DNA of 64,000 nt. It comes from Epithemia pelagica. Its lineage: Eukaryota; Protista; Bacillariophyta. Shown one piece after another: positions 40,793 to 52,248 of this stretch (within the stretch, counting starts at the first letter, position 1; each line of letters opens with the position of its first letter). Both the position numbers and the translations under genes were made by a program. The stretch spans positions 1,922,001 to 1,986,000 of the forward strand of contig OX337234.1 in NCBI GenBank assembly GCA_946965045.2, in the 5' to 3' direction. The notes beneath the pieces are model-generated. The model worked only from the letters and a program-made list of their open reading frames with translations. It did no database searches and had not been told where the DNA came from.

Positions 40793-43552
40793 CTAGGAAA
40801 GGACGAATGTTTGTATTGACCTTGCCGGAATGGACGACGTCATCAAGACGTTGTCTTGATCTTGAAGCACAAAGTTGGCCGACAGAGTCGCTTCGTTCAG
40901 TAGGACGACAGTCTTTTTGTTGCTGCGGGGCGTCACAAAGGCGCCCGTTTGCAAAAAGGGCCATCCTGTCGTCATGCAGACCTCATCTCCGAAAAATGTG
41001 GACGATGCTTCACCAAACTGGGCATCAATCTTCCAATTGGCCGATGGATCCGAGTCGCAATCTCCCAGTACCACCTGTGCTCCACCAAGTGGTCCATTGG
41101 CTCCCCCATTGTTGGCCAGCTCTAAAATGGTTAAACATTGCTGTGAATCGGAACTGGGATGGTTCAACAACATGATCTTGTACATGTCGTCGTTGGAGCC
41201 GGGCTCGTCACTGCCCGAAACGGGTACGACATTAAAGATTCCCGCCGAGGCGCTGTCGCAGCTGACCAGACGAAGTCCGAGGAATTCGGGATCGACGTCA
41301 CTGGCGATACAACTCTTGGTCGGTCGTCCCAACCAATCATGACCACGCACCGTAATATGTTTGCTTTGTTCAAACTCCCAATCAAACATTTGTCGTGTGG
41401 ATCCTTCGCAGGGCCACAGCGTGATTTCAATTCCCTCCCGTGCCAAATTATTCTCGCCACCGCCGGCCACCACGGAACCCGTGGGTCGGAAAATGCGTCC
41501 TCCTCCTCCTTTGTTGCTCTCCTCAGTATTGCTGCTGCTGCTGGATGACGCCGAGGAGGAGGTTACCAATCCCGGAACGGCGTAGGACCCGGGTCGTACA
41601 TACCTGGAAATATGTCCCATGTAATAATAGATTGGTTGTACCACAACTCCAACATCCAAATATTTTGCGGGAAAGCCCAATGCCTGCAATTCTTCACGGG
41701 TTCGTTCATCCCCCACATTCAGTTCACCCAAGGGATGGCTTTTCTCAAAGGGTGGCAATGGCTGTTTATTGTTGGCATTCCGTGCTCGATGGGGAGCCGC
41801 CAAGAGGGTGGATTCACACACATTTCCCAAATGATTGGGACCGCCAATCGAATCCAAAATCAAATTCCATTCGGTCCATCCATTGCTGCCAGCCGCCAAA
41901 TCGGCCAATACCGTATGGGCATAGCGTTCTGCGCGGTCCCACGCGACGCGGATATCCCCACCGGCATACCCCGTCGAAGGACAATGACAGGATTCACTCC
42001 CCAAGAGCAATTCTTGTTCCTCTTCGTCTTGTCCCTCGTGTCGCAAGGTTGCTTGAAGGCGATGCATATTGGGAATTCCCAAGGCTCCATCCAACAAGCG
42101 ATCCATACCACCGGCGTACCAATGATAGGCAATTCCATTGACATAGTCTCGTGCCCCCAGCGTCGCGTTGAGTAGTACATTGGTCCAGTCATTGATGTGA
42201 TCCTTGTTGTGATCAAAGACAAAGAGTTTGACAGTGGGATGATCGTGTGCCAGTCGGGGACCCAAATGATGAGCCACAAATTCCGTTTCCAATTCCGGTG
42301 TAAAGGAACAGGCTTCCCAGGGAGCGGCAAATTCAGGTTCGTTTTGCACCGTCACGGCCCAAATGGGCAAGCCCAATTGCGAATAGGCGGTCAAGAATTT
42401 GGAAAAATACAAGGCCCATGCGGCGGCATAGGGGGATGTGGGACCGACCCCGTCCCGGACACAGACGGGCTCGGCGGACGATACCATGGTTTCGGCATGT
42501 ACGGCAGTTTCATTGTCATTGGGTGTGGGTGCCTTCATCCACGACGGTGGAGACCAGGGACTCACCATGAGCAACAAATTGCCATCTTGGACGCCCGAAT
42601 CATGGTAGTCGTCGTCGTCATTGGTCGAGGAGGAGGATGTCCCCCAGGCATTTCGGAGAACGGACACGGCTCGAAGTGCCATGTCCACCATACCCGATTC
42701 GACATCATGTTGGAGTCCCATATCAAAATGGTTCAATTCAAAGTCTCCGTCCATGTCATCAAAGGAATAGGATTCGACCGAAAAATCGCAGGAATTAATG
42801 GGGATGCGACCGAGGGAGTATCCCAGGCCCGTTTTGCCAAAGAGCAATTCCATGACGGCATCTTTCCCCTCGGTGGACAATTGATTGTAGTTGAGCGCCG
42901 AGGCTTCGGTAAAGGCTCCACCAAATCCATAAATGGGAGGACGATCGGCAAAGGCCCTTGTGGAAAAGTCCACTTGTAAAATGGCATCCGGGGCCTGAAA
43001 GTGATTGACTTGAGACGTCAAGGGACTTGTTGGCACGGATCCATTCGTGTCTGGAGATGCCTTCTGACCCTGTTCTTGGGATGCGCTAAAAAAGCCATAC
43101 CCTCCCTGTGCCACTGGTGGTGGACGCGGCTGGGCCGGAAAGCACGCCAAGGGTGACCACTGCTGGGAGGGTGCCGTCATGGAAGTTTGGATCCCCTCTT
43201 GAAAGACTGGAATCGCACGCGTGTCGTCGTCGTTGTCATCCTGGTTGGGAGCGTTCCAATATTCACACAACGGCCGATACACGAGTGGGGAGGTCGTCGT
43301 TCGGGGAGTGTCGTCTACCCCACCAGTAATGGCTCGTGCCGCGTCGCCGCCGCCATTCGGTGGTGACCTCCACGGAAAGAGATAGACAAAGGCCAGTACC
43401 ACAAACAAGGTGATCAACCCCACTGCTGCTCGTTTCGCCGCATGGAGTCGAGACGACTGGGTCGGGTAGTTGGTGGTGGTGGCAATGGTCGTTTGAAGCA
43501 AGGGATCTTCTTCGCTTTCGGCCCGAGAAAGATTCATTTGGGTCGACGACAT
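40793..43552 (-). CDS. Glycoside hydrolase family 30 (glucosylceramidase-like), type II membrane anchor, with ricin-B-like insertion
   Basis: TM segment AVGLITLFVVLAFVYLFPW. GH30 blocks GFGGAFTEA, GRIPINSCDFS, SPWSPPSWMK, WAVTVQNEP (acid/base Glu), LLGSESC (nucleophile Glu), WTEWNLILD..GGPNH, YYYMGHISRYVRPG. Confidence 0.9.
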   Translation of the reverse strand: MSSTQMNLSRAESEEDPLLQTTIATTTNYPTQSSRLHAAKRAAVGLITLFVVLAFVYLFPWRSPPNGGGDAARAITGGVDDTPRTTTSPLVYRPLCEYWNAPNQDDNDDDTRAIPVFQEGIQTSMTAPSQQWSPLACFPAQPRPPPVAQGGYGFFSASQEQGQKASPDTNGSVPTSPLTSQVNHFQAPDAILQVDFSTRAFADRPPIYGFGGAFTEASALNYNQLSTEGKDAVMELLFGKTGLGYSLGRIPINSCDFSVESYSFDDMDGDFELNHFDMGLQHDVESGMVDMALRAVSVLRNAWGTSSSSTNDDDDYHDSGVQDGNLLLMVSPWSPPSWMKAPTPNDNETAVHAETMVSSAEPVCVRDGVGPTSPYAAAWALYFSKFLTAYSQLGLPIWAVTVQNEPEFAAPWEACSFTPELETEFVAHHLGPRLAHDHPTVKLFVFDHNKDHINDWTNVLLNATLGARDYVNGIAYHWYAGGMDRLLDGALGIPNMHRLQATLRHEGQDEEEQELLLGSESCHCPSTGYAGGDIRVAWDRAERYAHTVLADLAAGSNGWTEWNLILDSIGGPNHLGNVCESTLLAAPHRARNANNKQPLPPFEKSHPLGELNVGDERTREELQALGFPAKYLDVGVVVQPIYYYMGHISRYVRPGSYAVPGLVTSSSASSSSSSNTEESNKGGGGRIFRPTGSVVAGGGENNLAREGIEITLWPCEGSTRQMFDWEFEQSKHITVRGHDWLGRPTKSCIASDVDPEFLGLRLVSCDSASAGIFNVVPVSGSDEPGSNDDMYKIMLLNHPSSDSQQCLTILELANNGGANGPLGGAQVVLGDCDSDPSANWKIDAQFGEASSTFFGDEVCMTTGWPFLQTGAFVTPRSNKKTVVLLNEATLSANFVLQDQDNVLMTSSIPARSIQTFVLS

Positions 43553-43930
43553 GCTCTATACTTTGCCGTGGACAACAAGTCTTTCCCTCTCAAACCAACA
43601 ACAAGGATCTTTCTTTCTTTGTGATTCGAATGCCTGTTGCGGTTGACTATTGATGCTTCTGGATCGTCCAAGAATCTTGGATTCGTCCAGTCCTCTCTTT
43701 TCTGTTTGATGGATCGAGTGGTGGAGGGTGGAGGTGCGATGGCGAGAGATCTTTTTGTGCGACCACCATTCAGACAAAAGATCCTTTGAGTCCCGAGTCG
43801 GTCCCCCTCATTTTTCATTCACGAATCGTTTTTGCTCTGTCCCATTGTTCCAAAGTGTTTTGTGGTTGTGTAATCGCCAAAGCACTTGTTGTGCCGTAAT
43901 CCAAGCTGAACACACAGTATTACTATCGGA

Positions 43931-45658
43931 ATGGAGGATGGTTCCAGGGCCACCACCACAATCGGTTTCTGCCGCCAGCAGCAGGGACAACCATCCGACC
44001 AACCATCCGACCAACCATCCGACCAACCATCCGACCACCCACGGAATGAGGATCCTGGTCGTCCGGTCGAAGGAGACCCATCTCCGCAAGAGTTGCAACC
44101 ACCTCTGTGTCAAGAATGTCTCAAGACTCGAGCGTTGTATCAGTGTCCTCGATGTGGTTTTCGATCCTGCTCGTTGCAGTGTTGCTTGGTCCACAAGAAA
44201 CAACGGAACTGCAACGGCAAACGCATCTTGTTTGCGACTCCTCCCTCGACGAACCATCATGCGGACCACAACAAGAACAAGACGACGACAAATGATTCGA
44301 GTAGGGGCAAGTTTTTTGTCCCCCTGTCACGCATGACGGATCAAACCATGGTCCAAGACTTTTACTTTTTGCAACAAGTTGGACAACGGGTCGAATCCAA
44401 TCAACGGAAACGTCCGGCCAGTGTCATGGGGTCCACCCAGCACCATTCGTCGTCGTTTCGGCGGCGCAACGACCACAACCACCAAAACCGAACACGAGGC
44501 CGACCCTTTCACGAGGTTGGGTCCACGCGACAAGGAGGAGGAGGAGGAGGAGGAGGAGGAGGAGAAGTCGAGGAGCAAACTGGTTTGCTAGGGAAATCAC
44601 ACAACACAGACGACCCGAACCCGGAACCATGCTCCCAGCCAGAACCAGAATTGCATCCCTTATTGATGCAGCCGGTTGCCACCCATCAATGGGTGTTGGG
44701 TGGACCCTCGGGTCGTCGTGCGCCCAAATCTCGTAGTACGACCTTGGCACGAGTCGCGGCCTCTCCGCAGCGACGGGTTCATATTCTCTTCATGCCTCCG
44801 GGAATGCAACGTCCCCTGCAAAACAAATCGTTTGTGAAAAAGCAACACAAAACCAAGGCGCCATGCTCACAGTTGCCAGAGCCGGAACAGGACCCACCAC
44901 GTCCACAAACCAAACAGCTGCAAGAAGTGATTCATTGGACCGTGGAATGTAAAATCTACGGCAAGGTGCAGCAGGAAAATGATCTCAATCCCAACCACCA
45001 AACTACTACTAGTACTAGTACTACTACAAGTCCCCACTCACAAACTATCACCACCACCAACTCTCCAACGACAACCACAACGAGTCGAGGTACTTGTGTG
45101 GACCAATTTTATACTCTCTTGTCCGAAGAGTCCTTGGTTCCTCAGGAACTAGAACACCACTGGGAACAACGACGATTGCAGTTGCGACGGGCCAACATTC
45201 TTTCCAAGAAATCCACCGACGGTGGCAACGACGGGTGGATCCATCATTCGTGCGGCGGCGAGTTGGAATGGTTGCTCGAAGTCCGACGGCCCTCACAACC
45301 ACTCACCTATCGATCCTTGTCCTCCTCCTCCTCTGTGAACCACCAACTCCACTTGCGAGAAGCCTTGCACGATTGTACGGTTTTGGAATTTCCCACCATT
45401 CATGGAGTGCCACGCAGTCAAAGCCAAGCCTGGCCTCGTCTCGTGACTCCCCTTGTCTCTGCCCATTCAAACGAAACAGAAGAAGGACCCTCTACATCAA
45501 TCTTGTCGTCCAAGACCGAAACGAAACCAGCAACAACTTGTACTGTGCCATTGGATACATCTGAACCATCTTCCGCAAAAGAGCAAGTCACACCAACGAT
45601 TGAGCAGAAACACTCACAACAAGTCCCCCCTACGCCAAACGTCGAATCGACGGAATGA
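43931..45658 (+). CDS. BCD1: zf-HIT box C/D snoRNP assembly protein (Bcd1/ZNHIT6-like)
   Basis: CQECLKTRALYQCPRCGFRSCSLQCCLVHKKQRNCNGKR, DFYFLQQV, ILFMPPGMQR, IHWTVE, LREALHDCTVLEFPTIH, separated by low-complexity inserts. Confidence 0.82.
   Translation: MEDGSRATTTIGFCRQQQGQPSDQPSDQPSDQPSDHPRNEDPGRPVEGDPSPQELQPPLCQECLKTRALYQCPRCGFRSCSLQCCLVHKKQRNCNGKRILFATPPSTNHHADHNKNKTTTNDSSRGKFFVPLSRMTDQTMVQDFYFLQQVGQRVESNQRKRPASVMGSTQHHSSSFRRRNDHNHQNRTRGRPFHEVGSTRQGGGGGGGGGGEVEEQTGLLGKSHNTDDPNPEPCSQPEPELHPLLMQPVATHQWVLGGPSGRRAPKSRSTTLARVAASPQRRVHILFMPPGMQRPLQNKSFVKKQHKTKAPCSQLPEPEQDPPRPQTKQLQEVIHWTVECKIYGKVQQENDLNPNHQTTTSTSTTTSPHSQTITTTNSPTTTTTSRGTCVDQFYTLLSEESLVPQELEHHWEQRRLQLRRANILSKKSTDGGNDGWIHHSCGGELEWLLEVRRPSQPLTYRSLSSSSSVNHQLHLREALHDCTVLEFPTIHGVPRSQSQAWPRLVTPLVSAHSNETEEGPSTSILSSKTETKPATTCTVPLDTSEPSSAKEQVTPTIEQKHSQQVPPTPNVESTE
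43988..44035 (+). repeat. 12-bp coding minisatellite (CAACCATCCGAC)x4, encoding QPSD repeats
   Basis: Four exact units read directly. Confidence 0.95.
44534..44563 (+). repeat. (GGA)10 coding microsatellite, encoding poly-Gly
   Basis: Read directly; in frame in the BCD1-like ORF. Confidence 0.9.
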
Positions 45659-45717
45659 GTTAAATGATGGTATCAAACTGTTTTTGAGAAACGAATAAGA
45701 CAATGTTTACTTATATT

Positions 45718-46353
45718 CTAGGTGTTGAATTCGTTGGTCAATTTCATGTGTTCCACCGTGAGTTTGGAAACTGTTTTAAAGTTGGGATGCTCGGCCGATT
45801 GCATCAGCATAAAGGCCGCCGATTGTGCCGTGGTAACAAAGGCTCCCGCGGATTGCATTCGTTGAATGGCCACGGTGCGATCAATGGGTTGTTGACTGCT
45901 CACTCCATCGACAATGACGTGAACGTCCTTCCCCTGCTCCAACAAATCCAAACAGGTTTGTTGGACACACACATGGGTCTCAATGCCTACCAACAAAAAG
46001 GTAGTCTTATCGGCAAAGTCTGTTTGCAATTTGGATTGAACTTGCGGTGTCATCATACTAAATAACTTTTTTTCAAACACCAGATTGGCCGCTTGCAAGG
46101 ACTCCACCGATGTGGTTGATTCGGGTGAAAAGCATTCCGTCATGGTGGGACCAAACACTTTGGTGTATTGTTGGGTTGCCAAAATAGGGACATCCAAGGC
46201 CGATGCGACGCTCGTCATGTATTGCGTCGTTTGCAGGACGGTTGACATTTTGTGAATCACGTCGCGAAATCGTTCTTGCATATCGCACACCAACAAGAGA
46301 GTCTTGGAAGGATCCAATTTTCCCACGGCCCGACGTGCGACAGAAGAGGCCAT
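45718..46353 (-). CDS. ISOC: Isochorismatase-domain protein (ISOC1/2-like); ORF open upstream to ATG 46680 (possible targeting extension)
   Basis: LDPSKTLLLVCDMQERFR, ATQQYTKVFGPT, FEKKLFSM, LVGIETHVCVQQTCLDLL, VIVDGVSS, AAFMLMQSAEHPNFK. The Asp-Lys-Cys triad is present. Confidence 0.88.
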   Translation of the reverse strand: MASSVARRAVGKLDPSKTLLLVCDMQERFRDVIHKMSTVLQTTQYMTSVASALDVPILATQQYTKVFGPTMTECFSPESTTSVESLQAANLVFEKKLFSMMTPQVQSKLQTDFADKTTFLLVGIETHVCVQQTCLDLLEQGKDVHVIVDGVSSQQPIDRTVAIQRMQSAGAFVTTAQSAAFMLMQSAEHPNFKTVSKLTVEHMKLTNEFNT

Positions 46354-46942
46354 GCTGCTGTTGTTGTGATTATCTTCTTTATTTGAACTGGAAAGGGCGG
46401 ACAAAACCCAAAGAGGCGAACGAGACAAGGGATGAGGGGCGCCGACACGGACGAGAAACGCGAATGTGGTGGTGGAAGGAACTGTAATCAACCACCGAAG
46501 GGAAGTTGTAGCGCGGATGCAACAATGGAAAGCCACCCAAAGTCGTAAAAGGAAAATAACAGTAAACGAAAAGGCAAAGTATGGATCCCGTCGCGATGGT
46601 CGAGAAGGAACAGCACCGGTAGGAGATGACGGCACCATCAAAGATTTCTGACGCCATAATGAGCGACTTCCCATTCCCATTTCCCAGAGCTACCCCTACT
46701 TTCCAATACTACGCCGCTCAGCCCACAGTGAGAAGGTTTGCGATCCTCTAAACGCTCGGGATTCTTTTGCGAACCCAGAAACACACCATACACGTTGCCA
46801 TCCTTTGTATCCACTCAAGGAGATCTCGGCGGAATACTTTGTGACGAGAAGCCGACTGTTTCCAGAGAAGATCCAGAACGCACTTCTTCTTTGAACTAAA
46901 TTCGCGTTTGCTGTGCCGATAGCTCCGTTTGGAACTAGAACG

Positions 46943-47878
46943 ATGAAGCCGAACGACTCTGTTACCAACGATTCAAATTTGGTGTTTGTTCTGCCGGGTG
47001 ACGACATTAGTCACCACATTGTCCAAAAACAACCAAGTGGCGAAGATAAGATTTTGTTGGGAACTGGCTTGAGACGATTTTCATCTGGATCTTCTGATGA
47101 CGGAGAAATGGTTTCGAACGGTTCTTCGTTGGATGGTCGCGTACATGCAACACTCTCGGGTTGTTTGCAATATCAATGTCGTTCCACCTCTTCCGGGAAA
47201 AAGAAACACAAGAAGCATGTCTTTTGGATTCAAAGTAGTAATGCGGCTCGACCAATTCAAGTGCATGATCGTGTGGTTGGAATCGTTCAAGAGCGGATTG
47301 GTCCAGATGGAGCTGGTGGAGAGTATGTACGGATCCATTTGGGTAAGGAGAGTATCCCCTCCACAGCAGTGTTGTCCAATTTGAGCTTTGAAGGCGCCAC
47401 CAAACGAAACAAACCCAATCTGGAAGTGGGACAAGTACTGTACGCTCGCGTGGCAGAGTACGAAACTTGTTTGGAACCCGTCTTGTCATGTCAGTTGGGT
47501 CCGAACGATAGTACGGCCATCAAGGCCAAGGATTGGATGACCAACGAAGGGGTCTACGGTGTGTTGCAGGGAGGGACCGCCTTTTCAGTGACGCCGGGTT
47601 TGGCCCGAGTTTTGTTGTCTCCCGAGGCTGGAGGACTATGGGAATCTGTCACGCGACATACCTTGACGTCTACCTTTGAAATCTCGATTGGTGTCAATGG
47701 TTTGCTGTGGATCCATGCCAATCCCAGTCCACAAGCCACCATTGTTCTGCAGAATGCTATTTTGAACTCACAACTACTGACGCCTGAACAAACGGCGGCA
47801 ATGGTCAAGCAGTTGGCCTATACCGTGCAAAAGCATATGCAACGGCATCAGGACAGAACTGGGGACTACCTAGATTGA
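46943..47878 (+). CDS. RRP40: RNA exosome cap subunit Rrp40
   Basis: VLPGD, LGTGL, DRVVGIV, LSNLSFEGATKRNKPNLEVGQVLYARV, FEISIGVNGLLWI. Confidence 0.92.
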   Translation: MKPNDSVTNDSNLVFVLPGDDISHHIVQKQPSGEDKILLGTGLRRFSSGSSDDGEMVSNGSSLDGRVHATLSGCLQYQCRSTSSGKKKHKKHVFWIQSSNAARPIQVHDRVVGIVQERIGPDGAGGEYVRIHLGKESIPSTAVLSNLSFEGATKRNKPNLEVGQVLYARVAEYETCLEPVLSCQLGPNDSTAIKAKDWMTNEGVYGVLQGGTAFSVTPGLARVLLSPEAGGLWESVTRHTLTSTFEISIGVNGLLWIHANPSPQATIVLQNAILNSQLLTPEQTAAMVKQLAYTVQKHMQRHQDRTGDYLD

Positions 47879-48963
47879 GGCAAGATAAGAAATTCGACTG
47901 CATCCAAAGACCACGACCGTGGACAACTTTTACTGGCGTAACTTTTGCCAGAGGCTTGTCTGAAAATGGGACCTGTCACTTTTGATAAAGTACGTGGCAG
48001 CCATGAAGCTTCAGGATCTGATGAATCCCTCTCATTGCGGTCCCAATTTCGATGCATTCCAGAGCCGAGCCTGACAGTGGACGTTGCGTTTCAAGGTCTA
48101 GGTAGAGGAAGTGACTTCGGTAGAGTGTACTCATGCAATCCTGTGAGAAGGAACGTCAAGAGAACTGGAAAAGATGGAGTAGGCACCTCACTTGTTGCGG
48201 ATTGGCACAGCTAAGGATGCACGGTACCCAAGCTCTTGCCTGAATGGATGTCGAAACTATTCACCTATTGATTCTGGTGTGCAATCCATTTTTTACATGG
48301 CTCAACATTTGTTTGGTAGTTTTGAACTAAGGCATACTATTACTCCTGTAACGCTATCCACTGCGGAGATGCTTGGAGAGTCCCGAGTCCCAAAGACAAG
48401 AGTTTGGGTGTTGTTGGTCATCAAAAAATCACACCCGCACTACAACGTGCAATGCCGCGCAGGACATGATTGTGTTCTCTTCTGACCATTCACTACTTAC
48501 TACTTACAAGTAGCGGTATGATTGTTCCTTCGTTCTCACCGTTTTGAACAGACTTCATCATTCGTGCATCGGGTGTATTGTAGAAGGCTATTCGGAAACA
48601 TATACTTTTTGAAATATGCCCTATGTATTGAATATAAGCCCTATTATATTGTGGTGTATATTTATTGTACCATCTTTCGGTCCTGGCTCCTCTTACGTTT
48701 GTTACGCCTCGTCACTTTTGTTGGAAACGCCCAAACAACAGAATTTTAGGACCTGTCCCAGCCAGAAACAAAAACTATGTGGGGGTGTGATGTGATACAA
48801 AACACCCAACGCTACAACCGATGAGCCGATGCAGAGAGAGGCTTTGTTCATGGGTCAAGTGCAGGAGAGTGGAACTTGAACAAACCTTGACATCCCTTCT
48901 AAGACCGGCTCTTTATGCTGCGTTGCTGCTGCTGATCATCGTCTACATCATTCGACCGGAAGC

Positions 48964-51038
48964 ATGCAGGACGATCTCGACGACCTGTTCCCCACATCTG
49001 CAACGCCTACTTTCTTTTCGGTGCAGTCTGCTGCATCGCCTAAAAGCAGGTCTTCGTCACCCTCGAAGGCCAAGAATAGAGTAGTACAACCACCGGTATG
49101 TTGACCATGTTTGGGGGAGAAGATTGAGCTTTGTCTTACTTGGTAGCACATCGATGATGAATGACTCACTTTGTGACAACCTTCCCACTTGTCGCGTGGT
49201 CTCGTTGATTTCAGCCAGACTCATTTGAATTTGTAGATGGCAGTGATGGGAGCGATATTGACGGGGCAAATCGCAGTCAAGAAAATGCCAAGAAAAAGGT
49301 GAAAAAGAAAACAACCAAAACTGTCAAAAAGAAGAAGAAAGTCTCTCAACCATTCGACATGGAGGAAGCGAATAAATCGTTTGGTTTTGGTGATTTTGAT
49401 GATATTTCTGCAACCAAGAGTCCCACCCCGGATGACTCCTTTGACAATGATGACGCAAAAATAATGGAATCCTTCTCCAGTCCAGTAGCATTCAATGACT
49501 CTTTCACAAACATGGGTACAAACAAGCCAATTCGTAAAAAGAAGGAAGGAAGCAAAAAGAAAAAGAATGGCGAAAAAGAGCTTTCTCCTCGTCACACTTC
49601 ATCCCCGTCCAACAGAAAACTCATGACCATGCAGCCGCGAGCCAAACAGAAATCGTCGGGGAAACTGACGACGGACCGAAGCACGTCCCCTTCGAGTCGA
49701 CAAAAGTTGTCCAAGCAAAAGTGGTCCACCAAATTATCTCAGAAGAGTAAACAGCAACAACCACAAAGCACCTTTGCGGCGGGAGATGATACGGACTGGT
49801 TCTTTCCCGATCCCAATAAAAGTGCTACCTTTGAAACCAGCACCAATTCCTCACCGCTGCGTGGTTCCAACGGAAAATCCAAAAAGTCATCTTCAAATGG
49901 AGCATCCAGTCCGACGCGAACGAGCAGTAGGAAATATCAGTCGAGACGAAGTTCCATGGTTGGTCGGGTCGGTTCCACTGACAACAGTTCCATGGAACTA
50001 GCGGAAGTGGCAAAGGCCGAATACAAAAAGTCACGGAGAAGAAGCTACGCTGGAAAAGAAGAAAAGGAAAAGGAGAAGAGCAAATCGCGTTCAAAGACAA
50101 AGAGTAGTACCAAAATACACACAGCAAATGACATTATTTCGAAAAAGACAGTGTCTCCACCGTCATCGCCGACTTTAAAGCAACGGAGACCACCTCGGGA
50201 ATTGTTTGCTATTTTAGACATTGAACCGTGGAGCAGTGATAATACGACCTACTCGGACGAAGAACTGATGGATGCCATTGAGGCAGATCCAGAGTCTGTC
50301 AAGAAGAAGTACCGATTCGAGTTCTTTGGAGTTGTTATTTATCCCTTTTCAATGATGTGCGCCATTGGATCATCTTTAGAGGCCATCCAAATGTGTTACG
50401 AGGTGTTCCCAGAGGCCTTGCAAGAAAAAGACCCATGGGTCGGTTCTCCTCTTCATTATGCCTGTGGGTACGAAGGTCCTTTTGAAGTAGTCGAATGGTT
50501 GATTGAGCAGGAATCCAACATGTTGACGACAGTCAACCGACTGAAAAGGAGTCCATTTCATATTGCATGTCAGTTTAATCCACGATCAGAGATTCTGGAA
50601 GCACTTTTACACACAGCGCCCATGGGCCTTGAGATCGCGGACAAGTACGGATGCACACCACTTCATTTAGCGTGCGAGAACAATGCACCCATTGAAGTGC
50701 TCGAGATGATGACAGACAAGTTCAGTATGGCATGCATAGCCACTTCTCAAGCTGGAGCTTCTCCGCTTCACCTTGCACTCGAGAACCGAGTGAACTTGCC
50801 CAAGATTAAAATTCTGATCAAAGCTCAAGAGTCCGTTTTGACTATTCGAGATGTCGAAGGTCGTACCCCTCTACATATGGCCATTGAGAACGAATGTGAC
50901 GTTAAGATTATCAGATTTTTGGTCAAGTCTTGCCCAGCGAGTTTGGATTACAAGACGGAATGGCAATCGGAGACACCAATGGAAATGGCGAAACGTCTAA
51001 ATGCAAACCATGAAGTGCTGGATGCACTCATAGAGTAA
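48964..51038 (+). CDS. Ankyrin-repeat protein with long Ser/Lys-rich disordered N-terminus (exons 48964-49095, 49215-51038)
   Basis: Repeats GSPLHYAC, RSPFHIAC, CTPLHLAC, ASPLHLAL, RTPLHMAI. GTATGT(49096)..TTCAG(49214) supplies an ATG-bearing first exon (MQDDLDDLFP) that the ORF track misses. Confidence 0.8.
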
Positions 51039-51586
51039 TGCTTTTCACGAAGGAAACTACGACCACAAACGTACAGAATCAATGGCCCATGGACTTGTTC
51101 TCGTCCCTTGGGCATTCTTTACAGCCTTCCTCGTTTTTCGTGGTTCTTGTTGTCTTTCTTGTGATTTAGCCCGCTAATTCCGGTTCATTTTCTCTGTACG
51201 TTGTCCTTTCTTCCTTGTGTCTACGCGCAATGTTGTAGTGACTCATTGGCTTCTGAAACGGAAGAGTCGCATTTGTAGTACGCTTTTGAATAACATTGTT
51301 CCCCTCGAGAAAATTGTTGCCTGGACTTACTGTATTAAAGTCAAAGGAACAGTGACCCATATGACATCTACAGGTGTACTTCTCAGATTGACGCAACGCA
51401 TTCTTTAGGAATTTGGAACAGTGCTGTATATCTGCCGTCACCTTTGATGCTGGTCCATAAATAAACTGCTCTTCTAGTATTTTACAAGCCACAGAAAGGT
51501 AGTGGTACTAAAGAAGCACATGTGTTGTCTCTGATGTGACACTTTTGCAATGATTGCCCCATGCCCGGTCTCCTTTGGTGGTAACT

Positions 51587-52248
51587 CTACGACATGACCA
51601 AAGACAAACAGAGCACCACCCCCACCGACAACAATCCAATCAAACTATGTTCTGCAGTCGCAGCAAGGAAGGACATGGCAGAGCTTGAAGAAACGTTGTC
51701 ATCATTGGGTACATCGTCGTCACGAAAACCTGGATTCGGCACAGTATCATCATTTGTTGTGTCATCGGTGCCCGGTGATGGTGTAACTGATCATATTGAG
51801 AACAAATGGAATTCAGGGTGTTTGAGAACCGTCGCCAATCAGTCAGAGAACACGATCACGAGACATTTAAATCAGGCAATTAAACAAGGGAAGAAATGAA
51901 CTTACATCCATATGGTGGTACGTCTGTTCCGTTGGCGTAAAAGCATGAGCACACTTTGGTCGTCTTCTTGTACAACTCATCACATTGCTGTTGGTTGAAC
52001 GCGTTTCTCGTTGTGCTGGTTATTGTGGCGAGGGCTTGGCAGTTTTGCCTCAAGAAGGTTCCTGGTTCAGTGGGATTCTCGTATCTCACAATGGCAAGCA
52101 GGTTGCCCGGCTGACAACCATCACACCCACAAATGTTGCATTTGGCAGCGTATACAGCTTGGAATGGTCCAAATGCAAAGAGAAGACTGCAGAGGATCAG
52201 CAATAAAAATGCTGGCCTTTGAGCTACTGTCACAGAGGATTTCAACAT
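51587..52248 (-). CDS. Small Cys-rich, predicted GPI-anchored surface protein, copy A (exons 52248-51906, 51786-51587)
   Basis: Signal peptide; CNICGCDGC..NC..QCDELY..VCSC..NGTDVPPYG. After the intron: Asp/Thr-rich stalk, SSSSA and a terminal hydrophobic tail LIGLLSVGVVLCLSLVMS*. Confidence 0.75.

Noticed and set aside
42197-42979. 260-aa plus-strand ORF, and many other 60-230 aa ORFs nested antisense or off-frame in real genes
   Set aside because: Shadow ORFs of well-supported CDSs (here GH30), with no motifs of their own.
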